Of a DNA stretch of 64,000 nt, positions 9,708 to 20,705 are shown piece by piece. Positions within the stretch are counted from its first letter, which is position 1, and each line of letters begins with the position of its first letter. The notes beneath the pieces are model-generated. The model made no database searches. It saw only the letters and a list, made by a program, of their open reading frames with translations, and was not told where the DNA came from. Origin of the DNA: Nannocystis bainbridge (GTDB lineage Bacteria > Myxococcota_A > Polyangia > Nannocystales > Nannocystaceae); the NCBI RefSeq assembly GCF_028368995.1, contig NZ_JAQNDL010000001.1, forward strand, positions 2,016,001-2,080,000. The letters run 5' to 3'. The position numbers and the translations under genes were made by a program.

Positions 9708-10031
9708 CGCGCGAGTGTGCCCCGGCTGCGCCCCCCGGCCAAGCGAAATCACCGCCCGCCCGCAGCCCTCGCAGGCCCCGCAGGAGGCGTCCAGGAGCCG
9801 AACCGCGGGTCCGTTGCAGATCGCGCATGGACCTCGGGTCGGGCCACGCCCCACGCGTCCACGCCGCGATCCCTCGCGCGCCGACACCTCCGCGCCCGCC
9901 CGCGTTCGGAGTCCCCGGAACTGCCTGTCTCTTCGGCCAGATTACATGTCCTTTCAGACACCCTATCCGGGCACGCCGCAAGCTGACCGTTCGGACATGT
10001 CCCTCGGCACCGCCCGGCGATCGCCGGCGCC

Positions 10032-10982
10032 TCAGCAGCGCGCGAGCGCGGCGATCGCCAGCGCCACCAGCCCCGCTCCGCCGAGCAACCACGGCCCGGC
10101 CCTCGTCCGCCGCGCCTCGGCCTGCTGACGGGTGATCGCTCGCTGGCGCCGCGCCGCGCGGCCCGGCGGCAAAAAAGCCTGCACCTCCGCGACGCGCCAC
10201 CGCCTCGCGGCCGGCACCACGATCGGTCCTCCGCGCACCGTCACGTCGCCGCCCGAGCGCAGCGTGAAGGCCGGCTCCTCGATCCGAAGCGCCGCATGGC
10301 CGCCGGGCAGCTCGACCGTCTCACCCGTCGCGGTCGCCAGCGCCGCCACCAGCGACTCCGCCAGCGCGCGTCGCTCGGCCGCGAGCGCATCGATCTCCGC
10401 CAGCTCGGCCTCGAAGTCGGCGAACTGCGCCGGCGACAGCCGGGCCGCCAGCTCCGCCAGCTCGACGTCGAACAGCGACAGCGCCCCGCCGGTCAGCGCC
10501 TGCAGCACGCGGTCGTACACCACGTCGACCGAGCAGCGCCACGCCGCGTCCTCGTCGTCGCTCGCGCCGACCACCTGGCGGAACAGCCCCGCGTTGTCGG
10601 CCTCGAAGCCGCGCGTCTCGCCGTTCGTATCGACCTCGAGGCTGCCCCCGCCGACTCCGCGGTGATACGCGAGGTAGATCGCCGCCTCCGCGGTCGCCCC
10701 CGCGCGCCGTCCGGCCTCGTCGACCACCACCAGGGCCGCCTCCGCCAGTCGGGCGCGCAGCCGCGGACACTCCGCGAGCGCCGGATGCTGCTCGGGCAAC
10801 CGCAGCCCGCGGCGCACCGCCACCGCGCGCGGCACCAGCCATCGCTCGCCCTTGGTGTCCGCCAGCTCGAAGCGCGTCGCCTTGCCCGCCAGCGGCCCGA
10901 GCACGATCTCGGCCGGTCCCTGGCCGTCCCACCGCCACGGATCGATGGCCACGAGCCCGGGGACTACCAGCGCTGCGGGCAT
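10032..10982 (-). CDS. Hypothetical protein with C-terminal transmembrane helix
   Basis: ORF with host-like codon usage ending PWLLGGAGLVALAIAALARC. Confidence 0.55.
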   Translation of the reverse strand: MPAALVVPGLVAIDPWRWDGQGPAEIVLGPLAGKATRFELADTKGERWLVPRAVAVRRGLRLPEQHPALAECPRLRARLAEAALVVVDEAGRRAGATAEAAIYLAYHRGVGGGSLEVDTNGETRGFEADNAGLFRQVVGASDDEDAAWRCSVDVVYDRVLQALTGGALSLFDVELAELAARLSPAQFADFEAELAEIDALAAERRALAESLVAALATATGETVELPGGHAALRIEEPAFTLRSGGDVTVRGGPIVVPAARRWRVAEVQAFLPPGRAARRQRAITRQQAEARRTRAGPWLLGGAGLVALAIAALARC

Positions 10983-11384
10983 CCTGCCTCCATCGGCGCG
11001 CAACCTACCACGCCGCCGTCCCAGCCTCCAGACCCCTGCGCGCCCGCCGGGCGGCCATACGCCTGTCCTGAAGTACAGGTCAATATTTGGGTCCTGCTGC
11101 CAATCGCGCGAATGGAATCACTCACCGCCAGGTTGAACTCGCCGAGAGATCGAGCCGCCGCGCCCCGAGGGTGCTCGCCCCATGGGCCACCCCATGCGGT
11201 CGCCCCATGGGGCCGGCTCCTTCCGCGCTCGCTTCGTGGCGCCCTCGTGTCGACATCGCAGGGGTTTCGCCGCGGCGTGTCGCTTGCTGAAAGCGCGACC
11301 GAGCCCGCGGCCGTCGCCGCGCTCGGGCCCGGCCCGAATGCGACGACTCCCCGAACTCGGCTCAAAAGGGAGTACTGTCGATCC

Positions 11385-12872
11385 ATGTCTTCGCAAATCA
11401 GAAATTATAGCCTCCGCTCTCTCATCGCGTCGAGCGCCTTCGTGGCCACGTTCGCCGCCCTCGTGCCCGCGGCGCACGCCGACCCCACCCGGCTCTGGGG
11501 CACCTACGATGGTGGTTCCGAGTTCGAGGCCGGCCGGGGCGTCGTCATCGACGACGAATTCAACGTCGTGTGTGTCGGTGACACCGCCTCCGAGACCGGC
11601 ATCGCCGCCGTGACCGAGCAGGGTGATGCCTACATCTCCAGCCACGACGCCTTCATCACCATGTTCGACTCGATCGGCCAGCAGATCTGGGGCCGCTACT
11701 ACGGCGGCGCTGGCGACGACGTGTTCCACGACGTCGTGTTCGACGAGGACGACGGCGTCTTCTTCGCCGCCGGCGGCACCCGCTCGCCGAACACCGGCAA
11801 CGCCATCGCCTCCGCCGGGACCCACCAGACCGCCCTCGACGGCGACGGCGACGCGATGCTCGTCAGGTTCCGCAACAACGGCTGGCGGATGTGGGGCACC
11901 TACTTCGGCGGCGACGAGCACGAGGAGGCGTTCGCCACGTGCATCGATTCGGAGGGCGATGTCTACATCGTCGGCACCACCACCTCCGACGATCTGTTCA
12001 CCGGCATGCTCGGCTTCACCCCGTGGGACGACGATCTCGACGGCTCGGTCGACGCCTTCGTCGCCAAGTTCGACGGCGACACGGGGACGCTGCTGTGGGG
12101 CACCTACTACGGCGGTTCGGGCGGCCAGACGCGGGCGCTCGACTGCGCCGTCGGCTCGGACGACGCGGTCTACGTCGCCGGCTACTCGACCTCGGCCAAC
12201 AACGAGCTCGACGGGATCCACGCCGACAGCCACGGCGGCGGGCAGGACGGCTTCCTCGTCCGCTACGACTCGCTGGGCGACCTCGAGTGGGCCACCTACT
12301 ACGGCGGCAGCGGCGACGACCAGGCCCGCGGGGTCGCGGTCGACGTCGAGGGCCTCGACGATCACGTGTACCTCGTCGGCGTCACCGGCTCGAGCGGCGG
12401 GATCAACTCCGGCCTCTCGACGAGCCTCAGCGGCACCACCGACGCGTTCGTGGCCCGGTTCGAGGTCGACGGCGACCTCACGTGGGGGCGCTACTTCGGC
12501 GGCACCGGCTTCGAGCAATTCGACGGCGTCTACGCCTCGAACACCATCGAGGTGTCGGGCGCGACTTCGTCGTCCGGGCTGTTCTCGAGCGGCTTCGACA
12601 ACACCTACTCCAGCGCGGGCTGGGACGGCATGTTCGTCACCTTCCTCGACGACGGCGGCATCGATTGGGGCTCGTACAACGGCGGCGACGGGACCGACGA
12701 GTCGGTGCTCGCGGTCGACCGCCGCTACGACTCGCTCGTCGGCGTCGGGGCCACGCTGTCGACCAGCAACACCGGCATCAACGCCTCGACCTCGCCGGGC
12801 ACGATCCACGACGCGACGTACAACGGCGATTACGACATCTTCATGACGTTCGTGCGCATGTTCTCGACGTGA
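11385..12872 (+). CDS. Secreted SBBP-repeat beta-propeller protein
   Basis: Signal peptide ending AHA; repeated WGTYYGGSGxD...VYVxGxTxS...DAFVAKF units. Confidence 0.85.
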   Translation: MSSQIRNYSLRSLIASSAFVATFAALVPAAHADPTRLWGTYDGGSEFEAGRGVVIDDEFNVVCVGDTASETGIAAVTEQGDAYISSHDAFITMFDSIGQQIWGRYYGGAGDDVFHDVVFDEDDGVFFAAGGTRSPNTGNAIASAGTHQTALDGDGDAMLVRFRNNGWRMWGTYFGGDEHEEAFATCIDSEGDVYIVGTTTSDDLFTGMLGFTPWDDDLDGSVDAFVAKFDGDTGTLLWGTYYGGSGGQTRALDCAVGSDDAVYVAGYSTSANNELDGIHADSHGGGQDGFLVRYDSLGDLEWATYYGGSGDDQARGVAVDVEGLDDHVYLVGVTGSSGGINSGLSTSLSGTTDAFVARFEVDGDLTWGRYFGGTGFEQFDGVYASNTIEVSGATSSSGLFSSGFDNTYSSAGWDGMFVTFLDDGGIDWGSYNGGDGTDESVLAVDRRYDSLVGVGATLSTSNTGINASTSPGTIHDATYNGDYDIFMTFVRMFST

Positions 12873-12970
12873 CCTGCGGCGCGGGCCCCGGCCGCGCCGG
12901 CGGGGCCCGGTGAGCGAGCGAGGTGACGTAGTTCGGGCATGACCTTCGGGACATGCCCGAACAGTCAGCC

Positions 12971-14338
12971 TCACGGGCCGACGTGCTTCACCTCGCCCGC
13001 GATCACCATCCCGACCCACTCCGACAGCTGGACCCCGTCCACCGCCGTCGTCCAGAACGACGGCGAGCGCAGGGCCGTGTGGCCCTGACCGAAGTTGTAG
13101 AGCACCTGTCCCTGGCCGATGTAGTAGGTCGCCGCCGCCTCCTCGTGGTCGGCGCGCAGCGACAGCAGCCCGTCCTCGTAGACATCGGCCGGCACGATCA
13201 GCGGCAGCCCGTCGCACGTATCGTGCTGACCGTTGCCCCAGCCGAACGCCATAAACGCCCGGATGACCGCGTCCGCCGTGTTCGAGAACAGCCCGAAGCG
13301 GATCTCCGGGTACGCGCTCAGCGTGTGGGCCAGGATCTCCGTGGCGAAATCGTCGGGGTCGGTGCAGTCCGGCCCGCACGCCGCCAGGATCGTCTCGTCG
13401 AGCCCCCACACCTCGCGGAACGTCCGCTGCAGGCACGGCGGGATCACCGAGTTGGACACCGGCGGGCCCGAATCGTCGATCACGATCATCTGCGGCCCCG
13501 GCCCGAACGCCTCGGCCACCTGCGCCGCGTTGAGCCCCGCCCCGAACCCGCCCGCGCTGATGCCCGTCAGCAGCACCCTCTCCGCGCCCACGAACGTCGG
13601 CACCCACTGCTGCAGGTACTTCGTGATGTTGGCGTAGCCGCGGAAGTGGCGGACCTGCCCGCCGAGCAGCGTGTCACGGTCGCCCCCGTGAATGTCGCCG
13701 GTGCAGTACGGCACGTAGATCATGCTCCAATCCTTGACCGGGTTGCCCGGATTGTTGCGATTGAAGATCCCGTCCGGCGGCGGGATGAACGGGATGTTGA
13801 ACGCCGAGAAGTCGCACACGTCGTTGAAGCAGGCCCCGCCGCCCTCGAGGTAGATCATCACGTTCTTCGACGCCGGGTTCAGGCTGGCGCCGAAGCCCGC
13901 GGTCGCGCCGTTCATGCACATCGTGCCCGGCACCTCGAAGTATTTCCATTGCAGCGGCGGCGCGTCGATGGGTTCGACCGCCGTGCAGTCGGCCAGGCAG
14001 CCGTCGAACGGGTCATCGTCGCCGTCGTCGCACGCCTCGCCGGGGTCGACGTGACCGTCGCCGCAACCCGGCGCCGGCGGCTCGCCGGTCGTGCTCGATC
14101 CGCTCGAGCTCGAGTCCTCTCCGTGTGAGCCGCTGCCGCTGTCCGGCTGCGTCGTGGCGGCCTCGGTCGGCGCTCCGCTGCTCGACGTGCCCGCCGTCGT
14201 CCCGTCGGTCTCGCTGCCGGACGCCTCCGAGTCCGACGCGCCCTGACCCGACGACTCCGCCGCCTCGCCGCAGCCGACCAGGATGCCCGCGCCGCACACG
14301 ACCCGCGCGAGCGAGGATGAAAGCACTGTCTTCCTCAT
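12971..14338 (-). CDS. Pectinacetylesterase-family hydrolase lipoprotein with myxobacterial Cys-rich repeat
   Basis: Lipobox LVGC, Ser/Thr linker, CGDGHVDPGEACDDG repeat, YLEGGGAC, VPYCTGDIHGG, nucleophile GISAGG. Confidence 0.82.
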   Translation of the reverse strand: MRKTVLSSSLARVVCGAGILVGCGEAAESSGQGASDSEASGSETDGTTAGTSSSGAPTEAATTQPDSGSGSHGEDSSSSGSSTTGEPPAPGCGDGHVDPGEACDDGDDDPFDGCLADCTAVEPIDAPPLQWKYFEVPGTMCMNGATAGFGASLNPASKNVMIYLEGGGACFNDVCDFSAFNIPFIPPPDGIFNRNNPGNPVKDWSMIYVPYCTGDIHGGDRDTLLGGQVRHFRGYANITKYLQQWVPTFVGAERVLLTGISAGGFGAGLNAAQVAEAFGPGPQMIVIDDSGPPVSNSVIPPCLQRTFREVWGLDETILAACGPDCTDPDDFATEILAHTLSAYPEIRFGLFSNTADAVIRAFMAFGWGNGQHDTCDGLPLIVPADVYEDGLLSLRADHEEAAATYYIGQGQVLYNFGQGHTALRSPSFWTTAVDGVQLSEWVGMVIAGEVKHVGP

Positions 14339-14732
14339 GAACAACCCTCCTGCGGCAGTGATATCGCCGAGCACACCCGACGATCGTCCCACGCCCGCGA
14401 GAATGCAAGGAGGAGCGTCGCCCCCAACCCTCTGCAAATGTCGGCCGCCGAGCAATGCGGCGATCCTTGCACATGTCCCGAGGGACATCTGATTCTCCAC
14501 CGGCTCCCGCGCCGCAGCGCCGCTCGCGTGACCACGCACTCGAGCGCCTCGCCCGCCCCGCTCGCGCCATCCTCCCTCGGCGCCACCGGTCCTCGCCGCC
14601 GTCGTGATGACAGTGCCCGTCGCGCCGGCGCGTCCTCGCAGCCCCCTGCCACCCTGCGTCGGCCCGTTGTTCCGCCGCACAGGTGCGGCCCGACCGCCCG
14701 GTTATGCACAGCAGACTGGGGAGGCGAAGGCG

Positions 14733-16592
14733 ATGCTCGGGCGCAGACAGTTCGGCAAGCTCGGTGGGTGGTTGGCGCTCGGGTTCGCCTGCGATTTCGA
14801 CCGCGGCGGCGATTCGCAGCTCGACGGCGATCGCTGGCACAAGGCCAAGCAGATCGCCCGCGACCTGCTGCTCATCGGCCCCGACGGTCAGGATCTCAAG
14901 CTCGAATATCTAAAAATTCTGATCGACGATGGCCTGCCGCCGACGAACGCCCCCAAGAAGGTCCTGATCCTCGGCGCCGGCATCGCCGGCCTCACCGCCG
15001 CGCACCTGCTCAAGCAAGCCGGCCACCACGTCACCATCCTCGAGGCCAACCCCCGGCGGATCGGCGGCCGGATCAAGACCTTCCGCAAGGGCGACCCGCA
15101 GCAGCCGGCGCCGTTCGCCGACCCCGCGCTGTACGCCGAGGCCGGGGCCATGCGGCTCCCCGAGTTTCACCCGCTGGCGCTCGCCCTCGTCGACAAGCTC
15201 GGCCTCTCGCGGCGGCTGTTCTACAACGTCGACGTCGTCGCGCCCGCCGCCACCGCCGTCCCGCCGGTCCGCTACGTGTCCTTCACTGGCGCCACCTGGC
15301 AAAACGGCGCGCCGCTGCCCGGCTTTGTCCCGCCCGATCAGGCCCTGCGCACCTGGATCGCCGTCAACGGCTTGCTCGTGCGCCGCGACGAGTACGCCGC
15401 CGACCCCGCGCTCGTCAACGAGGGCTTTGGCATGTCCGGGGCCGACGTCGATCGCACCACCGCCACCATCTTCAACGACGCGCTCGACCCGGTGCGCGAC
15501 TACTACTCCGACCTGCTGCCCGACGGCACCCGCGAGAACAAGCCGACCGCCGCCTGGATCGACGGCTGGGCCCGCGCGATCTACGATTTCGACGGCTTCT
15601 CGATGAATCGTTACCTCACCGAGTACGCCCTGCTCGAAGAGGCCACCGTCGACGCCATCGGCACCGTCGAGAACGCCACCTCGCGCCTGCCGCTGTCGTT
15701 CATGCACACCTTCATCGGTCGCAGCGACATCGCCCCCGGCGCGCGCTACTGGGAGGTCGACGGCGGCCTGTGGCGCCTGCCCTACGCGTTCGAGCCGGGG
15801 CTGCACCCGCACATCGAGCTCGACCGCCGGGTCGTCCGGATCGTCACCGGCGACGGCCAGCACGGGCCCGCGGTCCGCGTCGAGACCATCGACGAGAGCG
15901 ACGCCCCCGGGCCCGAATACACCGCCGACCTGGCGATCGTCACGATCCCCTTCTCGAGCCTGCGCCACGTCGAGTTCGAGCCCATGCTGTCGTACGGCAA
16001 GCGCCGCGCGATCATCGAGATGCACTACGACGCCGCCACCAAGATCTTGCTCGAGTTTCGCCGCCGCTGGTGGGAGTTCACCGAGGCGGATTGGCAGCAC
16101 GAGCTCGACGCGATCGCGCCCGGCCTGTACGCCCAATACGGCGAGGAGCCCGTCACCCGCGTGTTCGGCGGCGGCTCGGTCACCGACAATCCCAATCGCA
16201 ACATCTATTATCCGTCGCACGCCGTCGCCGGCAGCCCGGGCGGGGTCGTGCTCGCCTCGTACACCTGGGCCGACGACGCCGCCCGCTGGGACTCCATGGC
16301 CGACGACGACCGCTACGGGTTCGCCTTGCGCGGCCTGCAGGACGTGCACGGCGACCGCATCGAGGCCTTTTATACCGGCCGCGGCCAGACCCATAGCTGG
16401 ATGAACGACAGCTACGCCTTCGGCGAGGCCGCCGTGTTCCTGCCCGGCCAGCTGATCGAGCTGCACCTCCACACCCTCAGCGTCGAGGGTCCGCTGCATT
16501 TCGCCGGCGAGCACACCTCGCTCAAACACGCCTGGGTCGAGGGCGCGCTCGAGTCCGCCGTGCGCGCGGCGCTCGAGGTCCATCGCCGCTGA
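14733..16592 (+). CDS. Flavin amine oxidase, L-glutamate-oxidase-like, Tat-exported
   Basis: GRRQF twin-arginine signal; [30 protein letters not shown]...WVEGALES; closely resembles Streptomyces L-glutamate oxidase as I recall it. Confidence 0.82.
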   Translation: MLGRRQFGKLGGWLALGFACDFDRGGDSQLDGDRWHKAKQIARDLLLIGPDGQDLKLEYLKILIDDGLPPTNAPKKVLILGAGIAGLTAAHLLKQAGHHVTILEANPRRIGGRIKTFRKGDPQQPAPFADPALYAEAGAMRLPEFHPLALALVDKLGLSRRLFYNVDVVAPAATAVPPVRYVSFTGATWQNGAPLPGFVPPDQALRTWIAVNGLLVRRDEYAADPALVNEGFGMSGADVDRTTATIFNDALDPVRDYYSDLLPDGTRENKPTAAWIDGWARAIYDFDGFSMNRYLTEYALLEEATVDAIGTVENATSRLPLSFMHTFIGRSDIAPGARYWEVDGGLWRLPYAFEPGLHPHIELDRRVVRIVTGDGQHGPAVRVETIDESDAPGPEYTADLAIVTIPFSSLRHVEFEPMLSYGKRRAIIEMHYDAATKILLEFRRRWWEFTEADWQHELDAIAPGLYAQYGEEPVTRVFGGGSVTDNPNRNIYYPSHAVAGSPGGVVLASYTWADDAARWDSMADDDRYGFALRGLQDVHGDRIEAFYTGRGQTHSWMNDSYAFGEAAVFLPGQLIELHLHTLSVEGPLHFAGEHTSLKHAWVEGALESAVRAALEVHRR

Positions 16593-16765
16593 TTGCGCCG
16601 GAGTGCCGACGTCCCCTCTCCAGCGGCAGCATCGCCGGCCCCGATCTTCGCTGCGAACTGCAGCGACCTCACCGAAGCCAGATCTCTCATCCTCCCGACA
16701 ATCGATGTCGTCGGTGGAGACAATCCTGGCGCGCCCTCGCGTCCGACCCACGCTCCGGTCGCGCC

Positions 16766-18208
16766 ATGGTCATACGATTCGCCGCGGTCCTCGCATTCCT
16801 CGGGCTCGCCTGCCACGCCGCCGCGCCTGAAGTCGCTCCGCGCAGCGACCTGAGCCCGATCCGCGACGTCGTGTTCTCCCCGCAGCCGCTCGAAGCCAGC
16901 CACAACGCCCGGGTCGCGCGCCTCGTCGACGAGGCCGAGCGCAGCCTCGACATCGCCATGTACTCCTTCAACGACGCCGAGATCCGGGCCGCCCTCGCCG
17001 CGGCCGTCGAGCGCGGCGTCGAGGTCCGCCTCCTCTACGAGACCGCCCGCGAGGACCGCAAGCTGGACGGCGACGCGTTGCAGGACTCGCCCTCGGGCCG
17101 GCTCGAGCAGGACGGCGTCGACGTGCGATGGGTCAACAAGATCCTCCACCACAAGCTCATGATCGTCGACGGCCCGCGCGACGACCTCGAGGCGGCGGAC
17201 AGCGCCCACCTCGTCACCGGCAGCGGCAACTGGTCGCGCGGCGCCGCCACCCTCTACGACGAGAACACCCTGTTCCTGCGCGGCGAGCGAGCGCTTGTGC
17301 TGCGCATGCAACAGGAGTTCGAGCACCTGTGGCAGCACTCGCGCGATTTCGTCGGCGATCCCGCGCTCGCCAGCCGCGCCTCGACCCTGCTGCTCGACGA
17401 CGCGACGATCGACGACGAGCCGGACGCGCACGTGTACTTCACCTCGGCCAACTTCGACCTGCGCGGCGCCGACACCTTCGTCGCCAGCGGCCGCGAGACC
17501 GTCGCCGACGCCCTCGTGGCCGCCATCGCCGACGCCACCGAATCGATCGACATCGCCTCCGCCCACCTGCGCCTGCGCGCCGTCGCCGACGCCCTGATCG
17601 CCCGCGCCGACGAGCTGCCGATCCGCGTCTACCTCGACGGTCAGGAGTACATCGCCGCCGCCACCCACGCCGCCCAGGCCGAAGCGCTCGCGGCCTGCCT
17701 CGCGGCGGCCGGCGCCGATCCGGCGCGTCAGCGGGCCTGTGAAGCTCGCGGCGCTCGCTTCGGCTACCAGGTCGGCGCCGCCGGCGTCGCCGTCCGCTAC
17801 AAGGTCTACGCCTACCGCTGGCACGCCAGCTACGCCCTGCAGATGCACCACAAGTACATGCTGATCGACGGCGACGAGCTGTGGACCGGCAGCTTCAACC
17901 TGTCTGCCAACGCCGAGCACGACACCTTCGAGAACATGCTCGTGCTGCGCGGCCCCGCCTACGCCGGGCTCGTCGCCCGCTTCGCCGCCAACTTCGCCGC
18001 CATCTGGGACACCGGCCGCGAAGACGAGCGCCTGGCCGCCCTGCAGCGCGACCTCGACGACGGCGGCCCGGTCCCGCTGGTGTTCCCGGCCATGGCCCTG
18101 GAGCACGGCGAGATCGCCGATCTCAAGCGGCAGATCCGCGAGGCCTGCCCCGCCGTCGACTCCCCACATTACCGCGCCCACCCGGAGTCGCACCGGACCT
18201 GCGAGTGA
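16766..18208 (+). CDS. Phospholipase D superfamily lipoprotein (two HKD motifs)
   Basis: HHKLMIVD...TGSGNWS and HHKYMLID...TGSFNLS; lipobox LGLAC. Confidence 0.88.
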   Translation: MVIRFAAVLAFLGLACHAAAPEVAPRSDLSPIRDVVFSPQPLEASHNARVARLVDEAERSLDIAMYSFNDAEIRAALAAAVERGVEVRLLYETAREDRKLDGDALQDSPSGRLEQDGVDVRWVNKILHHKLMIVDGPRDDLEAADSAHLVTGSGNWSRGAATLYDENTLFLRGERALVLRMQQEFEHLWQHSRDFVGDPALASRASTLLLDDATIDDEPDAHVYFTSANFDLRGADTFVASGRETVADALVAAIADATESIDIASAHLRLRAVADALIARADELPIRVYLDGQEYIAAATHAAQAEALAACLAAAGADPARQRACEARGARFGYQVGAAGVAVRYKVYAYRWHASYALQMHHKYMLIDGDELWTGSFNLSANAEHDTFENMLVLRGPAYAGLVARFAANFAAIWDTGREDERLAALQRDLDDGGPVPLVFPAMALEHGEIADLKRQIREACPAVDSPHYRAHPESHRTCE

Positions 18209-18545
18209 GCTGTCCTTCGGGACAGCCTGCCTCCGCGGCCCCCGTCGCCGGCGGCACGGCGCCCGAGCGGGGCCCGCGCGGCTCGCCGTCACGTCGCGCC
18301 GCGGTCACGTGACCGCCTCGCGGGGTGACCCGAGAGTCATGTCGAGACCGACAGCTCGGTCGGGCCGGCGCTCGCCCACGCCGCGCCAGGCCCGGGCGCG
18401 CCCCTGCGCCGAGATCGCGCAGGGGGCCATTCTCGCGCGCGTAAACACCGTTCAACGATTGCTCTCGCCTTGCTCCCGCGGGCCGTCCTCGGCTACCGTC
18501 GCGGCCTCGTTCGCCAAGCAGTCTGCGGTGGTCGGGAGGGGTCGG

Positions 18546-20702
18546 ATGGCAGCGCTCGCATCTATTCTCGCGTTGATCGGCAACCGTCCGGTCTACACCT
18601 TCAATGTCGACGGGCTCGACGCCGAGGCCCGGGTGCTGCGGTTCACCGGCCAGGAGGGGGTCAGCGCGCTGTTCGAGTTCCGGCTCGAGCTCGCCTGCCC
18701 GCACATGCTCGAGGTCGACCAGCTCGTCGGCAAGACCGGCGTGCTCGAGATCGCCGGCGTCGACGAGCCGCGGTTCGTCCACGGCATCGTCGCCCACGCC
18801 GAGTACATCGGCGAGAGCCGCGAGTTCGCGCTGTTCGCCGTCACTCTGGTGCCGCGGGTGTGGCGGCTGTCGCTGCGCCAGGACTGCCGGATCTTCCAGG
18901 AGCAGCGCACGCCGGACATCATCCGCGCGGTGCTCGAGGTGGCCGGCTTCAAGCCCAGCGCGTACCGCTTCGACATCGTCGCCTCGTACGCCCCGCGGAA
19001 CTACTGCGTGCAGTACCGCGAGAGCGACTGGGACTTCATCAGCCGCCTGCTCGAGGAGGACGGCCTCTTCTATTACTTCGAGCACGAGGAGGACAAGCAC
19101 GTCCTCGTCATGTCCGACCACAAGGGCACCCACCGGCCGATCGCCGGCGACCCCGAGGTGTGGTGGAACAGCCAGGACGGGCACGTCGAGGATCGCGAGC
19201 ACATCCACGAGTTCCGGTTCGGCCAGCACATCCGCTCCGGCAAGGCCAGCCTGCGCGACTTCTACTTCCCGACCCCTGATCAGGGCATGGAGGTCCGCTC
19301 CGAGGCCAAGCACGACACCGACCTCGAGGTCTACGACTACCCCGGCGAGTACCGCTTCCCCGGCGGCAACGACCCTGACCGCGGCCCTGGCATCGCCAAG
19401 AACCGCATCGAGGCGCTGCAGGCCACCCGTCGCAGCGGCACCGGCAAGGGCGACTGCATGCGCCTCGTCCCCGGCTACGCCTTTACGCTCGCCAACCACC
19501 GGCGCAGCGAGCTCAATGGCGAGTACACCCTGCTGACCGTGCAGCACCGCGGCGAGCAGCCGCAGGTCCTCGACCAGGACGCCAACAGCGGCAACGCCTT
19601 CGTCTACGAGTCGCGCTTCACGTGCATCGAGCGGGCTGTCATCTACCGCCCGACGCGCGCCACCCCGCGGCCGTTCGTGCGCGGCCTGCAGTCGGCCGTC
19701 GTCGTCGGCCCGCCCGGCGAAGAGGTCCACGTCGACGAGCAGGCCCGCGTCATGGTCCAGTTCCACTGGGACCGCCAGGGTCGCTTCGACGATCACAGCA
19801 GCTGCTGGATCCGCGTCAGCCAGCTGTGGGCCGGCGCCGGCTGGGGCGCCATGTTCATCCCGCGGGTCGGCCACGAGGTCCTCGTCGACTTCCTCGAGGG
19901 CGACCCCGACAAGCCGATCATCACCGGCCGCGTCTATCACGGCAACAACAACATCCCCTACCCGCTGCCGGCCGAGAAGACCAAGAGCACCATCAAGTCG
20001 GAGAGCTCGCTCGGCGGCGGCGGCTACAACGAGTTCCGCTACGAGGACCTCAAGGGCTCCGAGCAGATCTTCATGCACGCCGAGCGCGACCTCGACATCC
20101 ACGTCAACCATGACCGGATGGAGAACGTGCTGCACGACCGCCACCTGCGGGTCGGCGACGCCGTCAACGGCGAGAAGGTCGGCGACTTCAACGAGCTCGT
20201 CATGCGCGACCGTCACGTCCGCGTCGACCGTCACCGCCACGAGCACATCGGCGGCGACGCCTTCGTGCACGTCGGCGGCATCGACGGCGACGGCAACCAG
20301 CACGTCATCATCGACAAGCACCAGTACACGCTGGTCCGCGTCGACCGCCACGACCACGTCGAGGGCTCGGCGATGGCCAAGGTCGACAAGACCACCTCGC
20401 TGACCATCGGCGACGAGGCTCACCTCAAGGTCGGCAGCAAGACCGCGATCGAGTCGGGCGCCGAGATCCACGTCAAGGCCCCGACGATCGTCATCGAGGC
20501 CGGCACCGGCATCACCGTCAAGGGCCCCGGCGGCTTCATCACCATCGACGCCTCGGGCGTCGTCATCCAGGGTCGCCTCGTCAAGGTCAACAGCGGCGGC
20601 GCTGCGCTGGCCGGCAGCGGTTGCGCCCCGATCGCCCCCGAGGACGCGCGCCCCGCCGAGCCCCAGTCACCCAAGCCCGCCGACCGCGGCGCGGAGACCT
20701 GA
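18546..20702 (+). CDS. vgrG: Type VI secretion spike protein VgrG
   Basis: YCVQYRESDWDFISRLLEEDGLFYYF, YDYPG, GLQSAVVVGP, QFHWDR, WIRVSQ.WAG.GWG.MFIPRVGHEVLVDFLEGDPDKP, NEFRYED.KGSEQIFMHAERD. Confidence 0.96.
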   Translation: MAALASILALIGNRPVYTFNVDGLDAEARVLRFTGQEGVSALFEFRLELACPHMLEVDQLVGKTGVLEIAGVDEPRFVHGIVAHAEYIGESREFALFAVTLVPRVWRLSLRQDCRIFQEQRTPDIIRAVLEVAGFKPSAYRFDIVASYAPRNYCVQYRESDWDFISRLLEEDGLFYYFEHEEDKHVLVMSDHKGTHRPIAGDPEVWWNSQDGHVEDREHIHEFRFGQHIRSGKASLRDFYFPTPDQGMEVRSEAKHDTDLEVYDYPGEYRFPGGNDPDRGPGIAKNRIEALQATRRSGTGKGDCMRLVPGYAFTLANHRRSELNGEYTLLTVQHRGEQPQVLDQDANSGNAFVYESRFTCIERAVIYRPTRATPRPFVRGLQSAVVVGPPGEEVHVDEQARVMVQFHWDRQGRFDDHSSCWIRVSQLWAGAGWGAMFIPRVGHEVLVDFLEGDPDKPIITGRVYHGNNNIPYPLPAEKTKSTIKSESSLGGGGYNEFRYEDLKGSEQIFMHAERDLDIHVNHDRMENVLHDRHLRVGDAVNGEKVGDFNELVMRDRHVRVDRHRHEHIGGDAFVHVGGIDGDGNQHVIIDKHQYTLVRVDRHDHVEGSAMAKVDKTTSLTIGDEAHLKVGSKTAIESGAEIHVKAPTIVIEAGTGITVKGPGGFITIDASGVVIQGRLVKVNSGGAALAGSGCAPIAPEDARPAEPQSPKPADRGAET

Positions 20703-20705
20703 GCC

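Noticed and set aside
16766-18208. PLD as a Tle5-like T6SS effector because it precedes vgrG
   Set aside because: It has its own lipoprotein signal, is separated from vgrG by about 340 bp with hairpins, and has no immunity partner.
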